NCBI GenBank assembly: GCA_963764165.1
Contig: CAVXRD010000002.1
Span: forward strand, 3,456,001 to 3,520,000
Source: an uncultured Verrucomicrobiae bacterium
Lineage (GTDB): Bacteria > Verrucomicrobiota > Verrucomicrobiia > Limisphaerales > Palsa-1400
Reading direction: 5' to 3'
DNA: 64,000 nucleotides
The notes under the pieces were generated by a model that did no database searches, was not told the DNA's origin, and worked only from the letters and a program-made list of their open reading frames with translations. Shown one piece after another: positions 39,712 to 49,146 of the stretch. The stretch's first letter is position 1, and the number at the start of each line of letters is the position of its first letter. The translations under genes and the position numbers were made by a program.

Positions 39712-40973
39712 TTTGACGTCTGCACTGCGTTCTCGGCGCAAATTCTCCTATACATTTCGCCAAGGGGCTTCATGCGGCGTGGAAGATGGTCGGCGCTGAA
39801 GTCGACTTCGATCAGCCCGAACTTCTTGGCGTAGCCGAATTGCCATTCGAAGTTGTCTAGCAGCGACCAATAGTAAAATCCCCGGATTTCAACACCGCCT
39901 TGAATGGCCCGATGGACGGCGGCCAGATTGTCGCGCAAGTCCCGCTCGCGAAAAGCCTCGTCATCAGACGACGATCCGTGCTCTGTCACGTAGATCGGCA
40001 GGCCGCTGTAACGATGGAGTTCGCGCAGCGCCGATTCCAGCCCTGCGGGATGCCGCTCAAGCATGTCATCGCATTCGACGCCCAGCTTCGACAATTCCTC
40101 GCGGCTGTAGCCATTGGTGGGAACCAGCGGCTGCAAGCGGCGGAAGCGGATTCTTCCATAATAGTTGACTCCCAGGTAGGTCGAGGCGGTTTTCTTTTTG
40201 CCGTCCATGAAACATTCCATCACGTAATGGTTCAACAAGCGATGAGTCAGCGTCGCTATCATAACATCCCATGGATAGGCGTGGGAGTAGGGTTTGAAAT
40301 AAGTCCAGTTCTTGGAGAAGCCCACCTCCACCGGGCCGAGCGCGCTGCCGGCTTCACGAATAACATGGCACGCCTCCTCGTGGGCCAAACCCATGTTGCG
40401 CACAACCGCGCGAAAAGAATCCACGCGCCATTTTTGCAGCGGCGGAAATTCGCCGATCAAATAGCCGCAGCAGGCGTAAGTATCCGGCTCGTTGAATGTG
40501 TTCCAAAGGCGAATGTGTCCGCGCAGCGCTTTTGCCAGTTTGGTGGTGTAATCAACAAACGCGGGAATCGCCGCGGAATTCGTCCATCCCCCAATTGCAT
40601 TCAACCACGGCGGATTGGAGAAGTGATGCAGCACCACCATCGGTTCAATGCCGGCCATGCGCAATCGGTCCAGTTGGTCGATGTAGCGCGCGAGTTCTAT
40701 TTGGTCCAGCTCAGCACCTTGCACAGGCTGAAGCCTCGACCACTCGATTCCCATGCGGTAAGCGTTGACGCCAAGCTGCCGCATCCACTCGATGTCCTCG
40801 GCGTAGCGGTGGTAGCTATTGCAAGCGATCCGGCAATGTCCGCCGTCGCGAGCGACAAAATCGGTCCATTCGTTGTTGATGTGGCCCTCGATCTGGGTCG
40901 TGGATGTCGCTGTCCCCCACAGAAAGTTCGGTGGAAATTTCAATAGCGATCCATTTTTTGCAATGGCTGACAT
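39708..40973 (-). CDS. Glycoside hydrolase family 1
   Basis: FPPNFLWGTATS, YRMGIEWSR, TFNEP, VTEHG, WSLLDNFEW. Confidence 0.93.
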   Translation of the reverse strand: MSAIAKNGSLLKFPPNFLWGTATSTTQIEGHINNEWTDFVARDGGHCRIACNSYHRYAEDIEWMRQLGVNAYRMGIEWSRLQPVQGAELDQIELARYIDQLDRLRMAGIEPMVVLHHFSNPPWLNAIGGWTNSAAIPAFVDYTTKLAKALRGHIRLWNTFNEPDTYACCGYLIGEFPPLQKWRVDSFRAVVRNMGLAHEEACHVIREAGSALGPVEVGFSKNWTYFKPYSHAYPWDVMIATLTHRLLNHYVMECFMDGKKKTASTYLGVNYYGRIRFRRLQPLVPTNGYSREELSKLGVECDDMLERHPAGLESALRELHRYSGLPIYVTEHGSSSDDEAFRERDLRDNLAAVHRAIQGGVEIRGFYYWSLLDNFEWQFGYAKKFGLIEVDFSADHLPRRMKPLGEMYRRICAENAVQTSN

Positions 40974-41066
40974 TTTCTAATGATGACGTGTCAAGAACCG
41001 GAATAAACCAATACCTCATGCGGGTGGCAGGATGCCACGACAAAGGCAGTTGGGCCGGCGGGCGTT

Positions 41067-42203
41067 TCACGCAAGCTTGGAAGGTTCGGCGTCCAGCGGA
41101 AAGAGGCCATCCGCGGCAGGATTGGCCTCGCCCACGACGCTGTCAAGAGTGCGGAGGAGAATGGAATTGGCGCGGCTGACCCAGGAACGGTATTTGCCGT
41201 TCTCAAGGTGGTCCGGCAATTCAGAAAGACGGTCGAGATTGAAACTAGTGTCGGAAACACCAATGCCCATGCGCACCGCATCGACGGCGTTTATCTGCTG
41301 CTCGATGTGGCCCTCGACTGGCACGAGGAAAAGCGGCTTGCCGAGCCACGCGGCCTCGGCCAGAGACTCGAAGCCGGAGGTGCAGGCAACGTATTTGCAT
41401 TCGCCCATCATGCGCAGAAACTTTTCGCCATCCAAACGGTGAAAGCTGAGTTTGTCATCGTAACGCTGCTCGGCCGGTGCGCCGGGCTTGTCGTAAAAGC
41501 AATGCAAAGCCACCTCTGGATTCTTCTTATGCCACTCGATGATTTGCTCCGCGTAACCGTGATTCAAAAGGTAAACGAGAACGAACTTGCCATTCTCTTC
41601 AGGTGTTATGTCAAAAAGCTGGTTGCGCAAAATTGGCGGGGCGACCACAAGATCGCGCTCGGGCTGGTCCGGGGCTTCGTAAAGGGACAGAGCCACCTTT
41701 GTCGAACCGGCGCCCACCATGCGGATATACCACTTCATTCCCAATTGCTGCAGGCGGTTCTTTTTCACCTGAACGTAGGATGGGTGCTCCAGCATGAATT
41801 GATGGGCAACAGAAACAACTGGCGGGCGATTCCTGCTGGTAAGCGCGTAAAGGCCGGTGACCGGCTCGAAAAAATTGATGATGACGTCCGGTTGCGCTTC
41901 GCGGACGGCCTCCTTCACGGCACGCAGGCTGCGCCAATACGCGGGTATCTGGCGCGCCATGCCCGCCATCGTGGCAGGCATGCTTACCTTGCGATGATTC
42001 TTGCAGGCGAAATCAGGCGTCGCGATTTTCGTAATCGGCATCTTCATTGCCGATACAAAGAATGGGGCGGCCGGCCGGTGCAACCCCAACCCGAGGACCA
42101 CCTTTGTCACTTGATGCCCCGCCTTCTCCACTGTCTCCTTCACCGCTATCGCTTGAGTCATGTGACCCCGGCCCTCGCCTAGTATGCTGAGCATTATTTT
42201 CAT
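41067..42203 (-). CDS. GT-B glycosyltransferase (MJ1255/VC2487-like)
   Basis: GEGRGH, NFFEP, TSGFESLAEA, VPVEGHIEQQINA. Confidence 0.88.
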   Translation of the reverse strand: MKIMLSILGEGRGHMTQAIAVKETVEKAGHQVTKVVLGLGLHRPAAPFFVSAMKMPITKIATPDFACKNHRKVSMPATMAGMARQIPAYWRSLRAVKEAVREAQPDVIINFFEPVTGLYALTSRNRPPVVSVAHQFMLEHPSYVQVKKNRLQQLGMKWYIRMVGAGSTKVALSLYEAPDQPERDLVVAPPILRNQLFDITPEENGKFVLVYLLNHGYAEQIIEWHKKNPEVALHCFYDKPGAPAEQRYDDKLSFHRLDGEKFLRMMGECKYVACTSGFESLAEAAWLGKPLFLVPVEGHIEQQINAVDAVRMGIGVSDTSFNLDRLSELPDHLENGKYRSWVSRANSILLRTLDSVVGEANPAADGLFPLDAEPSKLA

Positions 42204-42963
42204 GGAAATGTATTAAACGAATGTTTCCGTCGAAGTCTTCCACCAGCGCTGTGCAGCTTTCCACCCAATCGCCGCAGTTCATATAAACAACGCCGTCTTC
42301 CGGGCGAATCTCCGCCCGATGAACGTGCCCGCAAATGACGCCATGCACGTTTTGCTTTTTGGCCATCTGAATGATGGCGTCCTCGAAATCCGTAACGTAT
42401 TTGACAGCCTGCTTGGCTTTGAACTTGAGATAAGCCGCGATCGACCAATACCCGAACCCCATGGATCGGCGCAGGCGATTGAAGTAAAGATTGAAATCCA
42501 ATATCCAATCATACAACCGGGTGCCCACACGGTCGAGCAACCGATTGAAGTGCATGATGCCATCAAATTGATGGCCGTGCAACACCAGATACTTCTTGCC
42601 ATCAGCCGCCGTGTGAATGACTTCGCGGGCCAATACCACGCTGCCGAAATTCACATTGAGGAATTGTTCCAGGAATTCGTCATGGTTGCCGGTGATGTAG
42701 ATGATCTGCGTGTCCTTGCGGCTCTTGCGAAGAAGCTTTTGGATGAGCACATTGTAGCTGTCCTCCCAATGCCATTTGGAGCGAAGCGCCCACCCGTCCA
42801 CAAAATCGCCCACTAGATACAGATACCGGCAATCTGCCTGCCGCAAAAACTCGAGCAGCGGGCCGACCTGTGCATGCTTTGTTCCAAGATGAATATCCGA
42901 GATCCAAATGGAGCGAAAACGCATCTTCTCCGAGCCATTGAAATATTCAGTGTTCGCGATCAT
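42013..42963 (-). CDS. LpxH-like metallophosphoesterase (PlcP-type phospholipase C)
   Basis: ISDIHLG, LVGDFVDGW, GNHD, HGHQFD, CGHVH, YMNCGDWVESCTALVE; tail overlaps the GT gene. Confidence 0.85.
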   Translation of the reverse strand: MIANTEYFNGSEKMRFRSIWISDIHLGTKHAQVGPLLEFLRQADCRYLYLVGDFVDGWALRSKWHWEDSYNVLIQKLLRKSRKDTQIIYITGNHDEFLEQFLNVNFGSVVLAREVIHTAADGKKYLVLHGHQFDGIMHFNRLLDRVGTRLYDWILDFNLYFNRLRRSMGFGYWSIAAYLKFKAKQAVKYVTDFEDAIIQMAKKQNVHGVICGHVHRAEIRPEDGVVYMNCGDWVESCTALVEDFDGNIRLIHFHENNAQHTRRGPGSHDSSDSGEGDSGEGGASSDKGGPRVGVAPAGRPILCIGNEDADYENRDA

Positions 42964-43036
42964 GGTTTAGTTCTTGCAAGGTGACTCTCCACCTTTTGCG
43001 GGGCACGTTCAATAGGAATAACGCGCGGAGGACAAA

Positions 43037-43065
43037 GTCTTACACAACTGTAACACGGCTGCCAT
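43037..43065 (+). promoter_or_regulatory. Pho-box-like 11-bp-period repeats
   Basis: GTCTTAC-ACAA-CTGTAAC-ACGG-CTGCCAT versus consensus CTGTCAT. Confidence 0.4.
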
Positions 43066-43152
43066 TGAATCGCCGCAAAAGGCATCAATTCGTCATCAAA
43101 AAGCTACAGTGAATAACCTGTGAATAACTTGACTTGCTGTTGATTCACAATA

Positions 43153-43845
43153 ATGTGGAAGTCAATGGATGCATTAACCATCTCCCCCAGTTTGTTTCGC
43201 GCCGGCAAAACATGCCGCGACCGGGCGTGGCGCCTCCTGGCCGGATACAAACGGGTGGCCTCTTCTCGCGCGCAATGGGTCGGTTTCGCGGGACAGTCCC
43301 TGTTCTTCAATCCCTACCTCGCCGCCGCCGATATGTTCTTTGTCCATCCGGGCGCGGCGCACGGGGCGATCAGCCGCTGCCTCGCGAACGGGTGGGCTGC
43401 GCTCGGCACTTGCGGATTATACAGCAATGGGCGGGACGCCATTTTCCGCCGGCTTGGGATCATGGGATCGAAGACAATTTCGGGCGGATTCGTAACGATA
43501 CTGGCGGACACGGCCTACGGATTTGCAATGAATCTCCCCGGATTCATGGCCAACTATTTTTTGAGCGGCTGCGGCTTTCTTCCTTCCGTGCTTCTCGGCT
43601 TCAAAGCCTCGGCGGCGGCGTGCTGGACCAGTTCCATTGCGGGCGGCTTATTTGACACATTTGCCGCGCTGGATGGCGATGACCCGGTGAAGCGATCGCG
43701 CGTGCCAATCTTGATTCGCTGGGCTGTCATAGATAAGTTCGCCCTCAACACGCGCCGGAAACTGATCTGGCTTGGCCTCGCTATCTCCGTGGCAGTAACA
43801 CTGGCAATATATGGTTTCGCGCCCGGCGGGTTGTTGAGAAGATAG
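43153..43845 (+). CDS. Hypothetical membrane protein
   Basis: 230-aa ORF with hydrophobic segments; start uncertain. Confidence 0.5.
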   Translation: MWKSMDALTISPSLFRAGKTCRDRAWRLLAGYKRVASSRAQWVGFAGQSLFFNPYLAAADMFFVHPGAAHGAISRCLANGWAALGTCGLYSNGRDAIFRRLGIMGSKTISGGFVTILADTAYGFAMNLPGFMANYFLSGCGFLPSVLLGFKASAAACWTSSIAGGLFDTFAALDGDDPVKRSRVPILIRWAVIDKFALNTRRKLIWLGLAISVAVTLAIYGFAPGGLLRR

Positions 43846-43869
43846 CGCCGGAAAAATGCGTCTGAGGAA

Positions 43870-44038
43870 GATGCCGGAGGCATCACAGATTGTAGCCGGT
43901 GGTTGAGCGAAGCGACACCACCGGACACGACGATAATAACGACTCATCCCGGCAGGGATGACAGCCGTATGGCGAGGCTGGCATCCTGTCAGGATGCAGA
44001 GGTCATTGGGGCATTTTTTCCGGTGGTATCGCTTCGCT
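43870..44038. repeat. REP/REPIN-like palindromic element (left part, interrupted by IS4)
   Basis: GATGCCGGAGGCATC; TAGCCGGTGGTTGAGCGAAGCGACACCACCGG and its inverted copy, which resumes at 45339-45386. Confidence 0.75.
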
Positions 44039-45338
44039 CATGCGTGTCCAGTTATAAGTGAAACAAAGGCAATGTGTTACGACTTTCCGAATCGTTTTCG
44101 GAAATGGCGTTTGTTGCAAGCAGCTCACCCAGAGGGGTTTGCTCAAACGCGCTGACGCTGAAAATTTGCAGGATTTCATACAGACTTTTCTCCAATTTCC
44201 AATGCTTTTTGGCGATGGCCACCAAGAGGTAAGTGCAAATGGCGCACCATATCTGGCATTGAATGGCGTTGCGGGAATGGCCGATGAAGCGGCGGATCCG
44301 CAGGTGCTGCTTGATCCATTTGAAGAACAGCTCCACCCTCCATCGCTTTTTGTATAATTCACAAATGGTCAGAGGAGGCAGTTCGAAATCATTGGTCAGA
44401 AACACCAGCGTGCGCTCTTCCAGCGCGTCCCGAAAAACCACTCGCCTGAGCGGAACCGGATACCGGCCTTTGGAGTCTTCGCCAGTCAAGCGAATGGTTT
44501 GATCGCACCGCAAACCGCCATCCTTGTCAACGACGCGAGATGCCTTCACCCTGAATTTGATCTGCCGCTTGTTGCGCACGACGAATTTGGCCCCGGCGGT
44601 TTCCACATTCATCAGCCTGGCGAAATCCAAATAGGCCCGGTCCATCACATGGAAGGCGCCGCGCTCCAAGGGAATCTGGTCGAGCATTTTCACGTCGGGA
44701 ACAGAGGCTTCCGTGAGCGCCGCCCACACCGGCAGGTCCCCCCGGAAGGACAGCATCGTGTGGAGCTTCATCGCGCCGGCGCGGGACCGTCCCCAATAGG
44801 CCCAAGGAAAGATTTTGATGCTCAGATGAATGATGGAGCTGTCCAAAGCCAGCGCGACGGCGGGAAAATCCGGGTCTGCGTTTTCAGGCTGGTAAAGCGC
44901 GCGGGCGCGCCGCATCAGCACTTCGGCCACTCCGGCAAAGACCCGCCAATCCCGGTTTTCGTTGGAGTAAGCCAGATTGGTCCGTGTGATCCTTCCCCGA
45001 AAGCCCAAATGATACTGCATGCGTGGACGGGCCTGCAGGCAGGCAACAATGTCGCGCAGACTCTCACGGTAAGTCAATTGTCCGAAACACAGAGCCAGGA
45101 AATGGTCGTAGGCGCTGAACGAGCGCGAGGAGCGCTTCATGGGAAAGGCCTCAGCGCAACGCCGAAATTCGGACGGATAAAGGAGATCGGTTAATTGGGA
45201 AAACACGTTTTGGTGGGAAGGCATTTGCCCAGCAAACCCGCTTCCAAACTGGATATCGAGAACAAACCCCAAATTCCCCAACCCTGCGATAATCAACGAC
45301 TTTGGGCGCGTTGGCAACGCCTTAACTGGACACGAGTG
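44039..45338 (-). mobile_element. IS4-family insertion sequence, 1300 bp
   Basis: TIRs CATGCGTGTCCAGTTA / TAACTGGACACGAGTG; flanks CGCTTCGCT / CGCTCCGCT (9-bp target duplication, 1 mismatch). Confidence 0.9.
44052..45224 (-). CDS. IS4-family transposase (DUF4372 N-terminus)
   Basis: QLTYRESLRDI, LDSS, MDRAY, YKKRWRVELFFKWIKQHL (YREK signature). Confidence 0.93.
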   Translation of the reverse strand: MPSHQNVFSQLTDLLYPSEFRRCAEAFPMKRSSRSFSAYDHFLALCFGQLTYRESLRDIVACLQARPRMQYHLGFRGRITRTNLAYSNENRDWRVFAGVAEVLMRRARALYQPENADPDFPAVALALDSSIIHLSIKIFPWAYWGRSRAGAMKLHTMLSFRGDLPVWAALTEASVPDVKMLDQIPLERGAFHVMDRAYLDFARLMNVETAGAKFVVRNKRQIKFRVKASRVVDKDGGLRCDQTIRLTGEDSKGRYPVPLRRVVFRDALEERTLVFLTNDFELPPLTICELYKKRWRVELFFKWIKQHLRIRRFIGHSRNAIQCQIWCAICTYLLVAIAKKHWKLEKSLYEILQIFSVSAFEQTPLGELLATNAISENDSESRNTLPLFHL

Positions 45339-45432
45339 CGCTCCGCTCAACCACCGGCTACTAGCTTGCATCCCGGCCGGGATGCGCCGACCGCACTTGG
45401 CGGACAGGTTGGTTGGCGAGCACGCTCCACTC

Positions 45433-46443
45433 CTAAGCCAGCTTCAGAAGCTCTTCCGCGATTTGCACCGCGTTCAGCGCCGCGCCTTTGAGCAATTGGT
45501 CGCCGACCACCCAGAAGCAGAGTCCGTTGTCGAGCGCGCAATCGAGGCGCAGGCGGCCGACCTGGCAATTATACTTGTCAGTGGCACAAAGCGGCAGCGG
45601 GTATTCCTGCTTGGCCGGATTGTCCACCACGTCGAGGCCGGGCGCCTTGGCCAGCGCGGAGCGCGCGGCTTCGAGCAAGACTGGTTTTTCAAATTCTGCG
45701 CTCACCGCCACCGAATGCGCCCGGTAAACCGGCACGCGCACGCACGTCACACTGGCCCTGAACGCCGGGTGATGCATGATTTTGCGGCCCTCATTTTCCA
45801 TCTTCGCTTCTTCCTTGGTGTAACCGTTGGGCAGGAAAGCATCGACTTGTGGCAGCACGTTGAAAGCGATTTGGTGCGGGTAAACCTTTTTGGTCACCGT
45901 TTCGCCCGCGACGACCTGGCGCACCTGCTCGCGCAACTCTTCAATCGCCATTGCGCCCGTGCCGGAAACGGCCTGGTAACTGGAGGCGAAAATGCGTTTG
46001 ACACCGAAGGCTTGATGCAGAGGATAGAGCGCCATCAGCGTAATGGCGGTCGTGCAATTCGGATTCGCGATAATGCCCTTGTGTTTGGCGATGTCGGCGG
46101 CGTTGATTTCCGGCACGACCAGCGGCACGGAATCGTCCATGCGAAAGGCGCTGGAATTATCCACCACCACGCAGCCGGCTTGCACCGCCTTCGACGCAAA
46201 TTCCTTTGAGATGCTTCCGCCGGCGCTGAAAAGGGCGATGTCGATTCCCTTGAACGAATCGGCCGTCAATTCCTTGACCGCGATGGGCTGGCCGCGAAAC
46301 GGCATTTCCTTCCCCACCGAACGCGCGGAAGCGAGCAGCGTCAATTCGCCAACCGGGAATTTCCGCTTCTCCAGCGTTTTGATCATTTCGACGCCTACCG
46401 CGCCGGTCGCGCCGACAATGGCTACGTGGGGTTTTGCGTTCAT
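45433..46443 (-). CDS. asd: Aspartate-semialdehyde dehydrogenase
   Basis: VGATGAVG, DNSSAFRM, ANPNCTT, YQAVSGTG, CVRVPV, LKGAALNAVQIAE. Confidence 0.97.
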   Translation of the reverse strand: MNAKPHVAIVGATGAVGVEMIKTLEKRKFPVGELTLLASARSVGKEMPFRGQPIAVKELTADSFKGIDIALFSAGGSISKEFASKAVQAGCVVVDNSSAFRMDDSVPLVVPEINAADIAKHKGIIANPNCTTAITLMALYPLHQAFGVKRIFASSYQAVSGTGAMAIEELREQVRQVVAGETVTKKVYPHQIAFNVLPQVDAFLPNGYTKEEAKMENEGRKIMHHPAFRASVTCVRVPVYRAHSVAVSAEFEKPVLLEAARSALAKAPGLDVVDNPAKQEYPLPLCATDKYNCQVGRLRLDCALDNGLCFWVVGDQLLKGAALNAVQIAEELLKLA

Positions 46444-46455
46444 AAGGAGACGATT

Positions 46456-47676
46456 TTACTTTTGCAAGCTGCCGGCGAGGGACGCCGCCGCGCTTTTGCC
46501 GACCCGGGTCTTGGCCGGTTTATCTGGCGAAGCTTCGCGCAACTCCGCGATGACGCGCGGAATGTGTGTCAACAAATAATCCACTTCCACGTCGGTGTTG
46601 TAATAACCGAGGCTGAAACGGACGCAGCCCTTGGCCCGGGCAGGCTTGATGCCCATCGCGGTCAAAACGTGGGACGGATTCAGCGAGCCCGTCGTGCAAG
46701 CCGAACCGCTCGAGGCGCAAATTCCCAATTCATCGAGCTTCAGCAAAACCCCCTCCGCCTCAACAAAATCAAAAGCGATGTTGCTGGTGTTGGGCAATCG
46801 CGGTTCCTTCGCGCCGACACGGAGCGTGTCCGGAACAGTGCGCAAAATGGTTTGCTCCATGCGGTCGCGCATGGCTCGGACGCGGGTATTTTCCTCGGCA
46901 TGATGCGCCTGCGCCAATTCCGCCGCGCGGCCAAAGGCCACGATGCTGGCGACGTTTTCCGTGCCGCCGCGCCTGCCGCGCTCCTGATGCCCGCCGACGA
47001 CGTAAGGAAGAAATTTCACGCCCTGCCGAATGTAAAGCATGCCAACGCCCTTGGGCGCATGAAGCTTGTGGGCCGAAAGCGTCAGAAAATCCGCGCCGAC
47101 TTCCGCAACATCGAGTTTCAATTTGCCCGGCGTCTGGGTCGCGTCGGTGTGGAAAAGAACGCCCTTGCTGCGGCAAATGGCGGCGATTTCCTCGACGGGG
47201 AAAATCATGCCCGTCTCATTATTCGCCCACATCACGGAGACGACGGCGGTATCGGGCCGGATCGATTGATCGAGCAGATGCAAATCCAATTGGCCATCCG
47301 AATCGACCGGCAGAAACGTCACTTCGCAACCTTGTTTCTGCAACAGTTCGCAATGCTTGATAATCGCGGAATGCTCGACGGCGGTGGTGAGAATGTGGCG
47401 CTTGCCCGGCTGAGTCGCCAGGCAGCTTTGCAAAACGGCGTTGTTGCTCTCGGTGCCGCAACTGGTGAAAGTGATTTCCTTCGCGTCCGCGCCGATCAGC
47501 GCGGCGACTTTTTCGCGGGCGTTCTCAATGTGCCTGGCGACCTTGCTGCCGAAGCTGTAAGCGCTGGACGGATTGCCCCAGAACTCGCGCAGGAACGGAA
47601 GCATGGCATCCACCACCTCGGGCGCGACCCGCGTGGTGGCGTTGTTGTCAAAATAGTATGTCGGGCTTTCCGTCAT
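46456..47676 (-). CDS. Cysteine desulfurase (NifS/IscS group)
   Basis: DNNATT, GNPSS, GTESNN, HTDA, SAHK, SSGSAC. Confidence 0.95.
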   Translation of the reverse strand: MTESPTYYFDNNATTRVAPEVVDAMLPFLREFWGNPSSAYSFGSKVARHIENAREKVAALIGADAKEITFTSCGTESNNAVLQSCLATQPGKRHILTTAVEHSAIIKHCELLQKQGCEVTFLPVDSDGQLDLHLLDQSIRPDTAVVSVMWANNETGMIFPVEEIAAICRSKGVLFHTDATQTPGKLKLDVAEVGADFLTLSAHKLHAPKGVGMLYIRQGVKFLPYVVGGHQERGRRGGTENVASIVAFGRAAELAQAHHAEENTRVRAMRDRMEQTILRTVPDTLRVGAKEPRLPNTSNIAFDFVEAEGVLLKLDELGICASSGSACTTGSLNPSHVLTAMGIKPARAKGCVRFSLGYYNTDVEVDYLLTHIPRVIAELREASPDKPAKTRVGKSAAASLAGSLQK

Positions 47677-47765
47677 GATGTCACTAATGGACAATGTTAC
47701 ATTCGGCATATTACGGTCTTCACATAAAACCGCAAGCAAGGATGGCAGCGCTTTATTTGGGAATA

Positions 47766-48020
47766 TTAATCGGCGTCGGGCTTTTTTGGTTTTTTCAATG
47801 ACGCTGCTGCGGAAGCGATGGCGGACAAATATTCTTTTGCTGTCTTTCTATTATCCTCGTCTTGGTCGAGCGCGCAGATCAACAGCCATACCTCCGCTTC
47901 ATCGATTGTGAGATCTGGATTGGCGACGACAAGATAACGGACGATGGCTTCCAGCGCCAACATGCGGCCCTCATATCTTTTGATTTGTTTCGCAGCTTCA
48001 GAAAGCTCGTTCGGATTCAT
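47766..48020 (-). CDS. Small hypothetical protein
   Basis: 84-aa ORF co-oriented with its neighbours. Confidence 0.45.
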   Translation of the reverse strand: MNPNELSEAAKQIKRYEGRMLALEAIVRYLVVANPDLTIDEAEVWLLICALDQDEDNRKTAKEYLSAIASAAASLKKPKKPDAD

Positions 48021-48114
48021 TACTTGACGCTTATCCAGGATTTGGACTTGTTGCGCTGTGCCCCTGCGCCTTTGGGTCTTGGCCTCTTTGCGTTAAAATT
48101 TTCCCCTCAGCCGC

Positions 48115-48780
48115 TTATTCCGCCGGTGGCTTCGTCCCGTGATGCGCCGCGTAACTGGCGTAAGCCGCAATATCATCCAGCATCGCATCAATGGTGGCCG
48201 CTATGGGCGCGGCTTTGGCGAGGCCGGAAAACACGGCGCGGTCGCCGATGCTGCTTGTCAAAAGAAAGGCTGGACGCTGCGTGATTTTCAGCGAGTGAAA
48301 TTCGGCGGTGGATTCGCGGAGGCGCTTTTCAACCTCGGCGGATTTGGAGCGGAGCAAAAGTTTTTTCGCGTCCAGTTTGGCGGCCTTCGCGGCAGTCGCG
48401 GCGCACACTTTCGGATCGAGGACTTTTTTGCCTTCGCGCACGGCGGCGTGGGAGATGGCCAGCCGGATGCGGTCGTCGGTCACGCCAAAATCCTTCCCGG
48501 CCTCGGCGATGGCGTTGGGCACGAGAAATTCTGTGTGACCCGGCTCGGCCCAATCCGCGTTGAGCATGAACGGCGAACGCATCACGGTGCCGCTGCGGCG
48601 GTAATACCATTCCATTTGCGCTTTGGAAGAGGGAATGCCGGACGAGTCGAGCAGCGCGATCCGCCACTGGAAGTCCACCGATTTTCCAGCGTAGAGAGCC
48701 TTCAACTCCGTCCAGGCCGGCTCGGCCCAATAACACCACGACGACGTGACCTCGACAAAATAAGCAATGCTGACGTTCAT
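48115..48780 (-). CDS. DsbA/FrnE-like thioredoxin-fold protein (SxxC motif)
   Basis: YFVEVTSSWCYWAE in place of CPWC; QRPAF cis-Pro region. Confidence 0.75.
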   Translation of the reverse strand: MNVSIAYFVEVTSSWCYWAEPAWTELKALYAGKSVDFQWRIALLDSSGIPSSKAQMEWYYRRSGTVMRSPFMLNADWAEPGHTEFLVPNAIAEAGKDFGVTDDRIRLAISHAAVREGKKVLDPKVCAATAAKAAKLDAKKLLLRSKSAEVEKRLRESTAEFHSLKITQRPAFLLTSSIGDRAVFSGLAKAAPIAATIDAMLDDIAAYASYAAHHGTKPPAE

Positions 48781-48886
48781 GCGACTCGAATTTACGGAGT
48801 CGCCAAGCGCGCGCAATCCAAATTCCGGAGTAGTGACCAACTGTCCATCTTGAAACCTTGAACCGGGCCGCTGCCATTTCAACGCG

Positions 48887-49081
48887 ATGACCATGCTTCT
48901 CGTGCCTATTGAAGGCGGTGCGGGTGCCTGCAGCATGCTTTGCCTTTTCGGAGTGGGTTTGGCGAAGTGGAGGCTCGGAATGGATGCACTCGGCGGGACA
49001 TTATATCCTTGGATTGCGGTCATTGCGGTTTGGGCACTGCTATATTTTATGTGGCGACATTCACGAAAACCAAAGGCGTAA
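48887..49081 (+). CDS. Small membrane protein
   Basis: Hydrophobic segment followed by a basic tail. Confidence 0.3.
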   Translation: MTMLLVPIEGGAGACSMLCLFGVGLAKWRLGMDALGGTLYPWIAVIAVWALLYFMWRHSRKPKA

Positions 49082-49146
49082 CGAATGTTGCGGGGTTTTC
49101 AAAGCGCGATTAGGCTTGGCTCCGACAAGGCAAATGCTGAAACACT

